This document shows positions 1 to 12,986 of a stretch of DNA of 64,000 bases, one piece after another. Position 1 is the stretch's first letter. Every line of letters begins with the position of its first letter. The position numbers and the translations under genes were made by a program. Below the pieces are notes generated by a model. The model did not search any database, was not told the origin of the DNA, and worked only from the letters and a program-made list of their open reading frames with translations. This DNA is from Octopus vulgaris (taxonomy: Eukaryota), in assembly GCA_951406725.2 (NCBI GenBank), contig OX597814.1:197718001-197782000 (forward strand), written 5' to 3'.

Positions 1-10
1 TATATATATA

Positions 11-960
11 CAGTAGAATTCCTCTAATTTGAACGTGTGCTATGTTCAAGTTAGGGGACGCTGTTCAAATTTCGAAAAGAAAAGGTGTTAAAATATTACC
101 TCGTACTTTTCCGGGTACCTCCACTAGTATTTAATGTATATATTAAGGTGAGTACATTATACATTTTAAAGAATCATTAAATATCATTGCTACAAAAACA
201 TTGGAAATAAATTAATATTAAATAATGTTAGTTGTTAAATATTTATTACATAAATTACCTGCATCTAACAACCAGTCTAACAACTCTATACAATACTTTT
301 ATTCAGTCATAGAATGAGCTTCTTCACTTTCGTTTCTGTCTTCATTTATCAAACTCACGGGGGGCTGCCATTGCATTCCTTAAGCGATCACGAAACTCCA
401 CTATTTCCCGGTGCTGTAGTCTCTTTGTGATCATATCCTTTCGAAGTAACATTGCTTGCAAAACATAGTTATCACTAAAGTAAGGATTCCTTTCTAGAAA
501 TTTAACACTATCTCCATAGACTTTTCTGCATTATCCCATGATATTTCCTCATTAGAGTATTCTTGGCCATTTTCATTAAGCTCCCTGTCGTTGTCGCTAA
601 TTTCATGACCATTATTTTTTTTCAGGACATTGTTCAGTTGTTCCTTCATCTTGTCGCTTCCACATTTAAATTTCATTTGAAGAACAGTGTTTGGTTGGAA
701 ATCGTATAGTTTCAAGAATATTTTGTACTCCAGATCTATTCTCTGCTTCTTTCATTTCAGGAGCACTAGACACTAGGTATAATTTTCCCCACGCTTTTGT
801 TAATGTGCCTGTTCGAACCTGATTTCATGCACTTGAGAGGGAAGAAAATGGCATCTTTGATGGTCAAATTGCGTTGGAAATTGCTTATACTAACATTGCT
901 ATTTATCATATTCATCATGAAATCATTTCTGTAGAAACATTTTAAGTTCCAAAAAAGGCC
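11..960 (-). mobile_element. Decayed pogo/Tigger-like DNA transposon (terminus plus transposase C-terminal remnant)
   Basis: TA followed by a Tigger-like terminus CAGTAGAATTCCTCTAATTTGAAC at 11. Minus-strand broken frames read FQRNLTIKDAIF...W and ISWDNAEKSMEIVLNF, which resemble the C-terminus of Tigger/Jerky DDE_1 transposases. Confidence 0.55.
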
Positions 961-1736
961 ATATATTGAAAACACGAGTATATATTCCTATATGCAAATA
1001 CTTAGGTGTATACATATGTGTACATACATATGTATGTGTTTGTGTATATATGTGCGTATTATGTATGTTTATATAATACAGAAAGAGATACACTTATACA
1101 GATATATTAACAATAACGAAAGGAGGAGAAGAAGAAGAAGAAGAAGAGGAGGAGGAGAAAAGAAGAGAAGAAGAGAGGTGATGAAGATGGGAGAGGGAAA
1201 GATAATAAAGAAAATATAATAGAAAGACTACCTTCCTGCAAAGTTAAAAAAACAGAACGAAATAGGTTTTGGAAGACTGTCAATTGTTGAAATTCTTCAA
1301 ATATATTGAAAAATAGCACATGTTCTGGTGCTAATCGATAATTTGATTAAAAGGAACCCATTTTCAAGAACCTTTGAATATTTCTACCTGACAGTGAGCC
1401 AACTTGTGACCTACTTCATTTCAAATATATAACAACTCATTGAAAACAAGAAATAACTAGATTAAATTCCACGAGAAAACCCCCTCCTTTTTTTTTTCTT
1501 TTTGTCACATCTTACATTCCTTTCATACTTATATTCACAATCTTCCTCACCTTACACGTCGTCATACTCATTCTCACCTTTTCTTGTCATACTTATCGTT
1601 ATCAAATTTTGGAATAATTCTCTGGAAAAATTTAATTTTTGCGAAGTAGTTTGTTGCAAGAGTGACGCGTGTAAAGAACAACAAGAATTTCTCTTCGCTC
1701 AGTATCAACGCGATGCTTCACTGTCGCCAGACATTC

Positions 1737-1740
<4 letters not shown>

Positions 1741-1789
<49 letters not shown>

Positions 1790-1884
1790 TATAATTATTA
1801 AATGTGTGGTAATGTGTGCCCACGTATCAAAAATAGACAGAACGTTTATATAGGTATGTATGTGTGTATATATATGTGTATGTG

Positions 1885-1917
<33 letters not shown>

Positions 1918-1999
1918 ATGTGTGTGTGTGTGTATGCATATACAAGATATATGGATATATGTATGTTTGTGTATGTAAGTGTCTGTACTTGTATGTATG

Positions 2000-2047
<48 letters not shown>

Positions 2048-2070
2048 CTTATATGTACACACACACACAC

Positions 2071-2125
<55 letters not shown>

Positions 2126-2146
2126 TATATATGTATACTTATATGT

Positions 2147-2207
<61 letters not shown>

Positions 2208-2234
2208 TATATATGTATACTTATATGTACACAC

Positions 2235-2267
<33 letters not shown>

Positions 2268-2288
2268 CTTATATACACACATATATAT

Positions 2289-2326
<38 letters not shown>

Positions 2327-2330
2327 CTAC
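1741..2330. repeat. Compound (TA)n/(TG)n/(CA)n microsatellite with higher-order repeat units
   Basis: Seen directly; the unit ATGCATATATATGTATACTTATATGTACACACAC recurs. Confidence 0.95.
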
Positions 2331-2338
2331 ATTTATTA

Positions 2339-2755
2339 TTTTACTTGTTTCAGTCATTTGACTTCGGCCATGCAGGACCACCAAATTTAGTCGAACAAAT
2401 CGACCTCAGGTTTATTCTTTGTAAGCCTAGTACTTATTCTATCGATCTCTTTTGCCGAACCGCTAAATTACAGGGACATAAGCACACTAACATCGGTTGT
2501 CAAGCGTTTATTATTTGTAGCGTATAGTTTTAGGCCATCCATATATAAAAGGTGGCAGATTGTTTTGCCGTAACATTTGTATCAGCATCCAGTTCTATTT
2601 AGCATGTCAGATAGAGGTGCCAGTGGTAAGCGGAAAAGGAGTGGAGAGAGCGTGTCTCTCTGGAATATTCCTCTTCTAATGGGGATGGCTTGGTTTTCAC
2701 GAGTTCCTCTTTTGTTTGTAGCTGTATATTCTTACCACACAGCCATGCCTGCGCC
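2339..2755 (-). mobile_element. SINE B copy whose middle is replaced by a LINE RT fragment
   Basis: SINE B 3' half at 2339-2506 and SINE B 5' head (GGCGCAGGCATGGCTGTGTGGTAAG on minus) at 2731-2755 flank foreign sequence. Confidence 0.75.
2507..2728 (-). pseudogene. Reverse transcriptase core fragment of an RLE-type (R4/Dong-like) non-LTR retrotransposon
   Basis: Minus translation IPIRRGIFQRDTLSPLLFRLPLAPLSDMLN...ICHLLYMDGLKLYA matches the RT motifs QGDxLSP and YMDD, both degenerate, with an internal stop. Confidence 0.8.
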
Positions 2756-2801
2756 TATATATATATGTGTGTTTGTATATATATGCCTATATATATGTGT
2801 G

Positions 2802-3051
2802 AAGGCGGCGAGCTGGCAGAGAAGTTGGCAAGCTGGCAGACACGTTAGCGCGCCGGGCGAAATGCGAAGCTGTATTTCTTCTGCCGTTACGTTCTGAGTT
2901 CAAATTCCGCCGAGGTTGACTTTGCCTTTCATCCTTTCGGGGTCGATAAATTAAGTACCAGTTACGCACTGGGGTCGATGGAATCGACTTAATCCCTTTG
3001 TCTGTCCTTGTTTGCCCCCTCTGTATTTAGCCCCTTGTGGGTAGTAAAGAA

Positions 3052-3053
<2 letters not shown>
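2802..3053 (+). mobile_element. tRNA-derived SINE, family A (tail type 1)
   Basis: Head GGCGGCGAGCTGGCAGA, B-box GAGTTCAAATTC, body GCCTTTCATCCTTTCGGGGTCGAT, tail TTAGCCCCTTGTGGGTAGTAAAGAAAT; more than 15 related copies in the window. Confidence 0.9.
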
Positions 3054-3096
<43 letters not shown>

Positions 3097-4631
3097 CATA
3101 ACATAGTGGTTCGACAAACGTGTCAGATAAAATAAGCCCCAGACTTAAAAATGAGCACTGGGGTCGATTTGTTCCGCTATTAAATCCTCTGACAAGACTT
3201 TGGTCGGCCAGAAGCTATAGTAGAAGACAACTGCCCAAGTTGCCACTCGGTGGAACTGAAGCCGCAACCATATGGGTGGGATGCCTGTTTTCAAACACAT
3301 CACGTCCATACAAGATTTCACCTCGGACGAAACTCGATTGCCATCGGTCCATTATGTCTATCTAGATGACAATTTTAATTCACTGCTGCTTCGTTTGTGT
3401 ACATCGGATAAATATACACTTCAAAAGTGTCTAAAGATTTTCCAAGTGTTCAACTTTTTGTCAAAACAATTATTTAAGAATTTATATAGAAAATTGATTA
3501 TTCTTGACAGCCAAACTAACGTCTCATATATTATTTATGCTATTGTCTTCTTGTATCGTCCAATCTGCATAAATATAGAAACTTCGTGTCTAATTTTCGC
3601 CCCTCAACTTTAACAAATCAATAACGATATAGTTTCAAGTTTTCGATGAAGTTGACCGTCGTTAATTAAGGGTTATTCTTCGAAGCTGGACCACTTTAAG
3701 GTAAAGTAGCAAAGATCAGACTAAATGCCAGCTATTGGAAGTCTTTAGAACCACACGATCGTCAGTCAAGTGTACTTTCTGTCAACTTTTCTGTGTGACT
3801 CTCGAACAACCGCTACGGGGACTAGAAGTGTTTTGAGACACGTCCTGTTCGAAATGGAATGTTGGAAGGTTTGGTCAAAGCTTAGTCTTGCCCTGCTAGT
3901 ATAATGCTCGCGGTCTCTTTTTTTAGTGTTCTTTTCATCAGCCAATCCCATCTATTTTTTTACCCAGCTACTTGGAATTGGTTGTGTAGTCCCTTTTTGC
4001 ATAATTCTTCTTCATGTCCTTTTTGTATTTCTTCCTTTATTTTTCCCTTTTTTCTCTGCTTTCAATACTCCCTCGTTCCTAACTGTCACAAGAAAGGTTT
4101 TCTTACTTTGGGTTAAGTATCTCATTAAGCTATCATCATCATCATCATTATTATTATTATTATTATTTCCTTCTTCAAGTTTTCTTCCATTTCTCGCCGA
4201 GTGTTTTCCGTACACCTAGGGCAGAGAAGCTCATTGTATGCATTCCCAGATTACACACACAAATTCACTGGTAAAATATGTATTTAAAAAAAATATATTA
4301 TTATTGTTGTTGTTATGTGAAAGCACCTTTTTGGGGCTTGTCAATGGCAGACGTCCAGCAGAGACACAGCATCCGCTTTCCCTGTCATCAATATATCGGA
4401 TATCAATGTCTATTTAGACACTGGTGTCGCAAATAGACTGTGTTTATTTAAAAGAATATTACTAGCGATAGAAGCACAATGCCAAAGAGTGATATTTACC
4501 TCCTACTAAATGTGGTTATTGTGTTATGCTCTACAAGTCCATATGAGAGGTCCTCTCATGGTAAAAACCCATTTTCTGTGTTCTAACACAATACCCACAT
4601 TGTGCCTATAGTAGAAATGGTTCTTTAAATT

Positions 4632-5610
4632 GGGCGACGAGCTAGCAGAAGTGTTAGTACGCCGGACAAAATGCTAAGCAGTATTTCGTCTGTCTTTACA
4701 ATCTGGGTTCAAATACTGCCGAAGTCGACTTTGCCTTTCGTCTTTTCGGGGTCGATTAAATAAGTACCAGTCAAGCAATGGTGTCGATATAATAGGCTAG
4801 GCCCTTCCCCGAAATTTCAGGTCTTGTCCCTGTAGTAGAAAAGATCATTATTACTATTAGAGAGACAAAGACAGCGAGCTGGTAGAATCGTTAGTACGCC
4901 GGGCGAAATGCTCAGTGATATTTCATGTCTTTACCTTCTGAGTTCAAATTCCGCTGAGGTCGACTGTGACTTTCATGCTTTCGGGGTCTATAAATTAAAT
5001 AGCAGTTGCGTACTGGGGAAGATCTAATCGACTGCCCCCTCCACCAAAAATTCGGGCCTTGTGCCTTGAATAGAAAAAAAAATCCTTAGCACGCCAGACA
5101 AAACGCTTAGCGGTATTTCGTTTGTCGTTACGTTCTGAGTTCAAATTCCGCCGAGGTCGACTTTGCCTTTCATCCTTTCGGGGTTGACTAAATAAGTACC
5201 AGTTACGCACTGGGGTCGATATAATCGACTTAATCTCTTTGTTTGTCCTCTCTGTGTATAGCCTCTTGTGAGTAGTAAAGAAATAGGTATTTCGTTTGCC
5301 GCTACGTTCTGAGTTCAAATTCCGCCGAGGTCGACTTTGCCTTTCATCCTTAAGGGGTCGATTAAATAAGTACCAGTTACGCACTGGGGTCGATATAATC
5401 GACTTAATCCGTTTGTCTGTCCTTGTTTGTCTTCTCTGTGTTTAGCCTCTTGTGGGTAGTAAAGAAATAGGTATTTCGCCTGTCTTCATGTTCTGAGTTC
5501 AAACGCCACCGGGTTTCAAATGCCTTTCATCTTTTCGGGGTCGATAAATTACGTACCAGTGATACACTGGGGTCGATTTAGTCGACTTTGTCCCCTATAG
5601 TAGTAAGGAT
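4632..5610 (+). mobile_element. Cluster/tandem multimer of SINE A copies
   Basis: About six consecutive body units. Units starting near 5110, 5290 and 5470 are joined head-to-tail through GGTATTTCG. Confidence 0.9.
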
Positions 5611-6386
5611 TATTAGAGAGACAGAATGTAGTTATAGTGTACAACATAATCTGCAAAATCTGTTCATAAATCCTATGAAATTCTAGAAGTACCTCCTTCT
5701 TTGATATTTATTATTTCATTAACGTTATCGGAACCTATCATCCAATTTAATTCCTTCATATTTTTTCTTAATCTTTATTAACGGCTACCTAACAATTATT
5801 TTCATTATTATTAATTCATTGCAAGTATACGTTTTCCCTCCCAATCTTTTCAGCTATAACACCTAAATACGCTTGGTATTACTTTACAGTTTGTTTGGTT
5901 TTGTTCTTTTGTTGGGTATTTTTTGGTGTTTCTTTTTTTGTTTTGGTGGGAGGCGGATTCTGGATAACACCAAAAAAGAAAGAAGAGCAGGAAAAAATAT
6001 ATAAAAAATATAAAAGCGAAAGCTCTTTCGATTGACGTGTAGTTGTTATTATATGCAATAATGCAACAAAGAAACTTTGATAATATCCAGGGGAGAAAAA
6101 AAAAAACTGACCCAACAACCTTCTTACAATGCATAACAACCATCTTAAAATATCAGATGATAAACAATCCGATCTGATAATAAATAATTCCACCGAGTAT
6201 TTTGGCTAGAAAGCTATATTTTAGACAACCAAATCCTGTTAGACACACACATACACACACACATAAATATATACACCTCTCTGCATCTTTCTTTTTCTCT
6301 CCTCATCTCTTTCTCTCCGTCGCTCTTTCTCACGCTATCTTTCTCTTCCCTTTCTGTTTATCATTCTCTCTCTCACTATCTTTCTC

Positions 6387-6440
<54 letters not shown>

Positions 6441-6559
6441 GTGTGTGTATACATACATGTATATATGTATAAGTATGTATATACATATGTATATGAATAC
6501 ATGTCTATGCATGTATATATGTCTTTATGCGTATAAGTATACATATATATATATACATG

Positions 6560-6608
<49 letters not shown>

Positions 6609-7369
6609 AGGCATGTATATGTGTGTGTTATATATTGGCGGCTATATACAATATACGACTATAATCCATAAAACTCTTAACAGTGTATAGACTCTGGAGC
6701 TTATTAACTACAGAAACCCCTCCTCTCTCTCCCTCTCTCTCTCTCCCTCTCCTTTTCTCACTCCCTCCCTACTCCCCTTACTCCTCCTACTCCAATACAT
6801 CCCCTCTTAATACAATAATAGTATTGATCTATTCAAGATCAAGGCTCTACTCTTCTTCTGCAAATTTTATCTGCAAATAAATCTTCAGCCTTTTCCTTGC
6901 CTTCCAGCTGGTTTGTTTGTTTGTTATTAGTTGTTTGTCGCTTTTTTTACTATTATTATTATTTACTGTCTTGGTTCTCTTTCCTACCATGTTATTCTTC
7001 GAGCAATGATTGAATGCTCTGTGAAAGCCCACCTAAAAGACCATACCTTATTCGCCTACATCTTTCTGCATCTTTTTCTCTCTCTCTGTCTCTCTCCTTC
7101 CTTTCTCTGTCTCTCACTATCTTTCTCTTTCTCCTCTTCTCCCTATCTTTCTCTCTCTCACTATCTCTCACATTCTCTCTTTCTATCTATCATTCCCTTT
7201 TGAGCCAATGATGTGGTGGAAGGCTGCACGTCTTGCTGGAAATACCAGCTAAATTTCTTCAAATCACACCTACCTTTAACATCTTCAAACAGGAAACACT
7301 CATTCAACAGTCCCTGATACATACATACATACATACATACATACATACATACATACATACATACATACA

Positions 7370-8697
7370 AAATATCCCACAATGCATTTGCAGTACCAGT
7401 GCTGATCCAAACATTTGGGATACTTGAGTGGTCTGTAGAGGAAATCCACTCCATAAATATCAAAACCCACAAAATCCTGACAACAAAAGAGAACCTCTAC
7501 AGAAACAGTGATGTTGACAGGCTCTCCCTAAGAAGAAATGAAGGTGGTAGAGGCCCCAGATCAGTGCAGACGGCCTTCGAATGCTGTGTGGTATCACTCA
7601 GGTAGTACCTGCTAAACAACAGCAGCAAAAATAAATATATTAGTGAAGTCCTAAAAAGTGAAGCGCGGAACGTTGTACGAGTTGGCAGTGAACTCCTCTC
7701 AAGAAATACTCCCTTCCTGATGATCTCTTATACAGCCCCAAAACAGCTGGGCTCTCTTACCTCAGAGAGGAACTGGATGGAAAGCACTCAGCATATAAAA
7801 ATAGACCATGCATGAGTATGTTGCTTGGAAGCTTGAAGAAGACAGTAGTATTGACATAAAGCACAGCCTCTCTTGGACACAAGACCACTACATCACATCA
7901 CACTTTGAAGGCTACGCGTTTGCAATCCAGGAACAGGAGATTGCCACAAAGTACTTGGTGAACAAGACAGACAGTGACGCTCTTGTAATACCAAGGTACA
8001 ACTTCACATGTAGGCTATGTCATGTTTCTGTGGAAAACATTAAGCATGTGGTTAGCAGCTGTCCTAAAATGTCGTCGCGGTACTACCTCTCTATGCGCTA
8101 CGATGATTTTGCTAAACCAATTTACAATGCCATCCGCAATAAAGACTATCCTGAAATAAGCTTAGAAAATCCCTCTGTTATGGAATACATTCATAAACAC
8201 CAACTCAAGGAACACTGGTGGAATCTTCCCATCAAAACTTCCGTCAAATTTAAGCATAACAGGCCGGATATTGTTGTTTGGGATAAAGAGGCAAATGTAT
8301 GTACTATCATAGAGGGCATCTGCCCTGCAGATATAGATGTCTCTATGAAAATCAAAGAAAAAAGGAAAAAGAGAACAACTGCTTCGAAACCTCCAGCTTC
8401 TGTATCCATATTATGAATTCATATTCATACCAATAATAATTGGAGCACTAGGTTTTGTTACTAAATGCTTAAAGGAAACTCTCGATAAACTGGGATTTTC
8501 AGGAAGAGAAATCTACCGGCTAATTCCTACATGAGAAGTGCAATTTCTGAGTGGAACAGTAAAAATATGCAAGACTTTTCTCCAAGTTCTAAGTGTGAAT
8601 TTGTCTGTATTAACTTCATCCCAGAGAAGGAGCCTTGTATCTTTGTTGAAAATCGGCTCCCTCCTCACTGAAATATTTATAACAATTAAAAAATAGA

Positions 8698-8698
<1 letters not shown>
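7370..8698 (+). mobile_element. 5'-truncated RLE non-LTR retrotransposon (R4/Dong-like): end of RT, CCHC zinc knuckle, restriction-like endonuclease, 3' UTR
   Basis: KTHKILT..SDVDRLSLRRNEGGRG (end of RT), CRLCHVSVENIKHVVSSC (CCHC) and KHNRPDIVVWDK...IIE (PD..D/E RLE), followed by IIIGALG; frameshifted and with stops. Confidence 0.9.
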
Positions 8699-8739
<41 letters not shown>

Positions 8740-9062
8740 CTAGCACTCCATCGGTAATGACAACGGCGAGGTTTCAAGTTGATCCGATCAACGGAACAGC
8801 CTGCTCGTGAGATTAATGTGCAAGTGGCTGAGCACTCCACAGACACGTGTACCATGAACGTAGCTCTAAGGGAGATTTAGCGTCAAACAGAATGTGTCAA
8901 GACTGCCCATTTGAATTACAGATACCGGTCACTTTTTCCAACTGAGGGTACTGGAGCAACGTGAAGTAAAGTGTCTTGCTCAAGGATACGCTGCGTTACC
9001 AGGAATCAAAGTTGCCATCTAACAATCGTGGGCCAAATACAGTAGCCATTATGCTATGCACC
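8740..9062 (-). mobile_element. tRNA-derived SINE, family C-related, with a distinct 3' body
   Basis: Minus strand carries a tRNA-like head, GTATCCTTGAGCAAGACACTT, then GGTACACGTGTCTGTGGAGTGCTCAGCCACTTGCAC...GTTGATCGGATCAAC. Confidence 0.7.
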
Positions 9063-9104
9063 TTCAAACATACACACACAGATACATACATACACACACA
9101 GATA

Positions 9105-9156
<52 letters not shown>

Positions 9157-9185
9157 TATATATATGTATGTATGTATGTATGTAT

Positions 9186-9567
9186 TCTTTTACTTGTTCC
9201 TGTCATTTGACTGCGGCCATGCTGGAGTTCCGCCTTTAGTCGAACAAGTCGATTCCAGGACTTATTCTTTGTAAGCCTAGTACTTATTCTATCAGTCGCT
9301 TTTGTCGAACAGCTAAGTGACGGGGGCGTAAACACACCAGCATTGGTTGTCAAGCGATGTTGGAATGACAAACACAAACACACATATACATAGATAGATA
9401 GATATACGAAAGGCTTCTTTCGGTTTCCGCCTACCATATCCACTCGCAAGGCTTTGGTCGACCCGAGGCTATAGTAGAAGATACTTGCCCAAGGTGGTAC
9501 GCAGTGGTACTGAACCCGGAGCTATGTGGTTGGTGAGCAAGCTACTTACTATACAGCCACTGCTATG

Positions 9568-9568
<1 letters not shown>
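9186..9568 (-). mobile_element. Full-length SINE family B
   Basis: tRNA head (A/B boxes, GGTTCAGTACC), CACCTTGGGCAAGT, internal microsatellite, and tail CCAGCATGGCCGCAGTCAAATGAC...AAGTAAAAGA, all on minus. Confidence 0.9.
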
Positions 9569-9608
<40 letters not shown>

Positions 9609-10315
9609 TCACTATACAGCCACTGCTATGCCTGTATATATATATATACTCACTATACAGCCACTGCTATGCCTATATATATATATATATATATATATAA
9701 TTACCTGAAAGCTAAAGTTCGTGTTGCTGTAGGTCATCTCAACAGGGACTAACCTGGAACTAAATGACTCTCACATCCCCTGTTTCCCCTCTCTTTCTCT
9801 CTCTTTCCTTCTCTCTCTCTCTCTCTCTATCTCTCTCTCACTCACTCTCTTTCACATACAAATGCGCGCGCGTCACGTATCATATCATTGGCAATTCAAC
9901 TTGGCAACAAATGCCAAGTGTCTTGAGAGTAACATCAGGTGTCGAACTCATCATGGCAAATTAACGAAACTCATCTATTTCCCCCAATTTACCACTAATT
10001 ATAATGGTTATATTTTCTGTGTCCTGAGATATCTCTTAACACCTAAGTCCACTGGGTATTCTGAAACTTAACTGTTGATGGCAAATTACAAACCAGCGAC
10101 CTCTTGTTAACCTATCGCCGTGGTTAATTACCCCCTTTTTCTCCTCATCGAATTCCTCTCAGAATTGCAAGTTTGACATTAATTTGTTTTTGTTTTGTTT
10201 TGTGGGGAGGGACGTACTCAAGCCTCTTTTCAAGTCAATTCGTGATTGATTAATAGAAAGTGGGGAAATCAGCCTTTAAAATTTCCTCTTGATTGTGGAG
10301 TAAATAATTTCATTG

Positions 10316-11115
10316 GTGCTGGTTTGGTTGTGTGGTTAAGAAGTCTTCTTTGGGACCACGTAGTTTTGGGTTCAGTCCCAATGCGCGACACCTTAGTTGA
10401 GTATCTTTTACAATGACCCCAGGTCGAACAATATCTTGTGGGTGGATTTGGTTTGGGAAAATTCTGCTTAAGCCCGTCGTGTGTGTATGTATATTTACGT
10501 GTGTATCTTTGTTTTTGTGTTTGTCTGCCATCCTTTGGCAACCAGCGGTCGTGGAGGCGCAATGGTCCAATGGCTAGGGCAGCGGACTCGCGGTCGGAAG
10601 ATCGCGGTTTCGATTCCCAGACCGGGCGTTGTGTGTGCTTATTGAGCGAAAACAACTAAAGTTCCACGAGGCTCCGGCAGGGTTTGGTGGCGACCCCTGT
10701 TGTACTCTTTCGCTCCAACTTTCTCTTTCTTCCTGTTTCTTGTCCCCGACTTCCTACGCAACCGCTGAGCCTTGATGCGCATTTATCCATCCGTCGATGC
10801 TCTCGGTGTCGGGGGTTGACCTGCTTTCTCTTCTGCAGGTCTTACGAACAGTACAGGACCACGTTTCGGACTTCTCCCACTACAGACAATCCTGAGGAGC
10901 GATCTTGCGAGCTCTGGGACGAAGACCGCTTCGCTCAACAAACAAACAAACAAACAACCAGCGGTCATTAGTTTGCGATCCATAACATAGTGGTTCAACA
11001 AACGTGTCCGATGAAATAAGCCCCAGATTTAAAAATAAGAACTGGGGTCGATTTGTTCCGCTAAACTCTTCACAGCGGTGCCCCAGCATCGAATGACTGA
11101 AACAAGTAAAAGATA
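10316..11115 (+). mobile_element. Old SINE B interrupted by a nested SINE C
   Basis: B 5' part at 10316-10550 and B 3' part at 10967-11115. Confidence 0.8.
10551..10954 (+). mobile_element. tRNA-derived SINE family C with (CAAA)n tail and 12 bp TSD
   Basis: Head GTGGAGGCGCAATGG...GGTTTCGATTCC. TSD CAACCAGCGGTC at 10539-10550 and 10955-10966. Confidence 0.9.
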
Positions 11116-11724
11116 AAACACATTTCTTCTCAGTTTAACATTCTTATTCATCTTTTCTCCGCTATGAAGACAATATCTTTCATATCATTTTCCCCCTTTA
11201 TGGAAGCTCATAGTAAACGATCTTTTTGATACTAATCGCAAAATACATACAGAAACGGATATTTTGCATTCATCAATGGGCGCATGGCTGTATGGTAAAG
11301 AAATTCGCCTCGAAACCAAGTAGGTCTGGTTTTGATCCCACTGCACAACCTTGAGTAAGAGGTTTTCTCCCATAACTTCGGATGGGTTAAGTAACACGAT
11401 TTTAGTGCGATTTGACTGCCGAAAACTGTGCGGAAGCCACATATTATTTGTGTGCATGAATGCATGTGTGTGTAGATAGATAGACAGATAGATAAACAGA
11501 CAGACAGACAGACAGACTGGTAGGTAGATAGATAGACAGACAGACAGACTGGTAGGTAGATAGATAGACAGACAGACTGGTAGGTAGATAGACAGACAGA
11601 CAGACTGGTAGGTAGATAGATAGATAGATAGATAGATAGACTGGTAGGTAGGTAACTATGTAGAGAGATAAGATCATATGTATATGTTTGTATGTATACA
11701 TTGGGCAGAGATAGATAGATAGAT

Positions 11725-11994
11725 ATGTTTCTTTATTAGTCACACAAGGCTGAACACAGAGGGGACAAATTACAAAGTAGAGCTTTTCTTTTTGGAGAGA
11801 AAAAAAGGGGTGTAGCTTTTCGATCAAAAGGGATCGTAAAAAAAAAAAAGAAAGAAAAAAGAAAAAAAACCATCAATAGGGATCGTGTATCACAGAAATG
11901 TCATGGTGAAAAGTGTAAAGGGGGAAAACAGATAAGGTTTATCTGTAGAAAGAAAAGCCTACGGAAAAGACCACGGTAACCTCGGTCAATAATG
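11725..11994 (-). mobile_element. ~270 bp interspersed element inserted in a (GATA)n array (LINE 3' UTR-like)
   Basis: Closely similar copy at 50048-50307. Minus-strand 3' end is CTGTGTTCAGCCTTGTGTGACTAATAAAGAAACAT followed by (ATCT)n. Confidence 0.8.
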
Positions 11995-12118
11995 ATAGAT
12001 AGATAGATAGATAGATAGATGTGTAACAGCAACTGATATATACATCGGTGAGAAAAACCAATGCTTTACTAACAAATTCCTTTGGGATGTTTGTCCTGCA
12101 TCAAATTTCGCTGCAGAC

Positions 12119-12168
<50 letters not shown>

Positions 12169-12745
12169 GCCAAATATGCAATGTTACGATGTGCCAGTAA
12201 TTGCTTCATTGGAAACCTGTAACCAACGACATTATTGTTCACAAATTATGATATAAGATATATAAAAATAAAATATATAGAAAATAAAATAGAAATGGTG
12301 ATCAGATATCTTTGAAATTGCCTCTCATGATGAAATAATTTTGTCTATTATATAAAAAGTACATACTGTTTCTTTAATCATTTTCTTTTGCTTCTCATCC
12401 AAAGAGAAATTATATTGCTGGTAGGTTTGATAAATTTTAGATAAACGGCCGCTTTCCAATTTCTTTTATTCGTTAATAACGTTTATTCAATTTACGTTAT
12501 ATAAAAATTCCTATTAAATAATTCCGATAAATGTTGCTAAAACCATTTGTGTAATGATGTGATACATCTCCCAATAATATTACACTGATCGTTAGAAATA
12601 AACAGACATACGTTTTAGCTTATACTTACGTTAGCCAATGTGTTTATGTACGAAGCACCAAAGTTTTATTAGAAAACCCATATAACTTTGGTGGAGAGAA
12701 AATCGCTGATAGCACCAAAAGAAATTCATAATCCACATGTGTTTG

Positions 12746-12804
<59 letters not shown>

Positions 12805-12809
<5 letters not shown>

Positions 12810-12986
12810 TAATCCAAACAAGAAAGCACAAAAAAAACACAACAACGCGAGGACGTGGAACAAATATAGTATTATTGGACGCTCAGGAAAGAAGGAGGGT
12901 TTAACGTTTCGTCGGAAACATAAGAGAAGGAAAGATCCAGAGAAGGGAAGACAGAGGAAAAAAATCGCCAACGGTACACACGAGGT

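Noticed and set aside
1632-2390. Long YI/IY/HT/CV-rich ORFs here and at about 6200, 18800, 33100, 37900, 49600, 51000 and 58300-60500
   Set aside because: These are translations of dinucleotide and tetranucleotide microsatellites that lack stop codons, not genes.
3640-4285. Higher-complexity segment that may be an old LINE 3' region or an exon
   Set aside because: No recognisable protein motif or splice structure could be read reliably.
4995-5384. Recurrent ORFs MRNWYLFNRPRKDERQS... and MFQSFDCGHAG...
   Set aside because: These are antisense translations of SINE A and SINE B copies.
10551-10625. tRNA-like sequences at SINE heads
   Set aside because: A and B boxes are present but continue into SINE bodies with tails and TSDs; there is no convincing cloverleaf or terminator.
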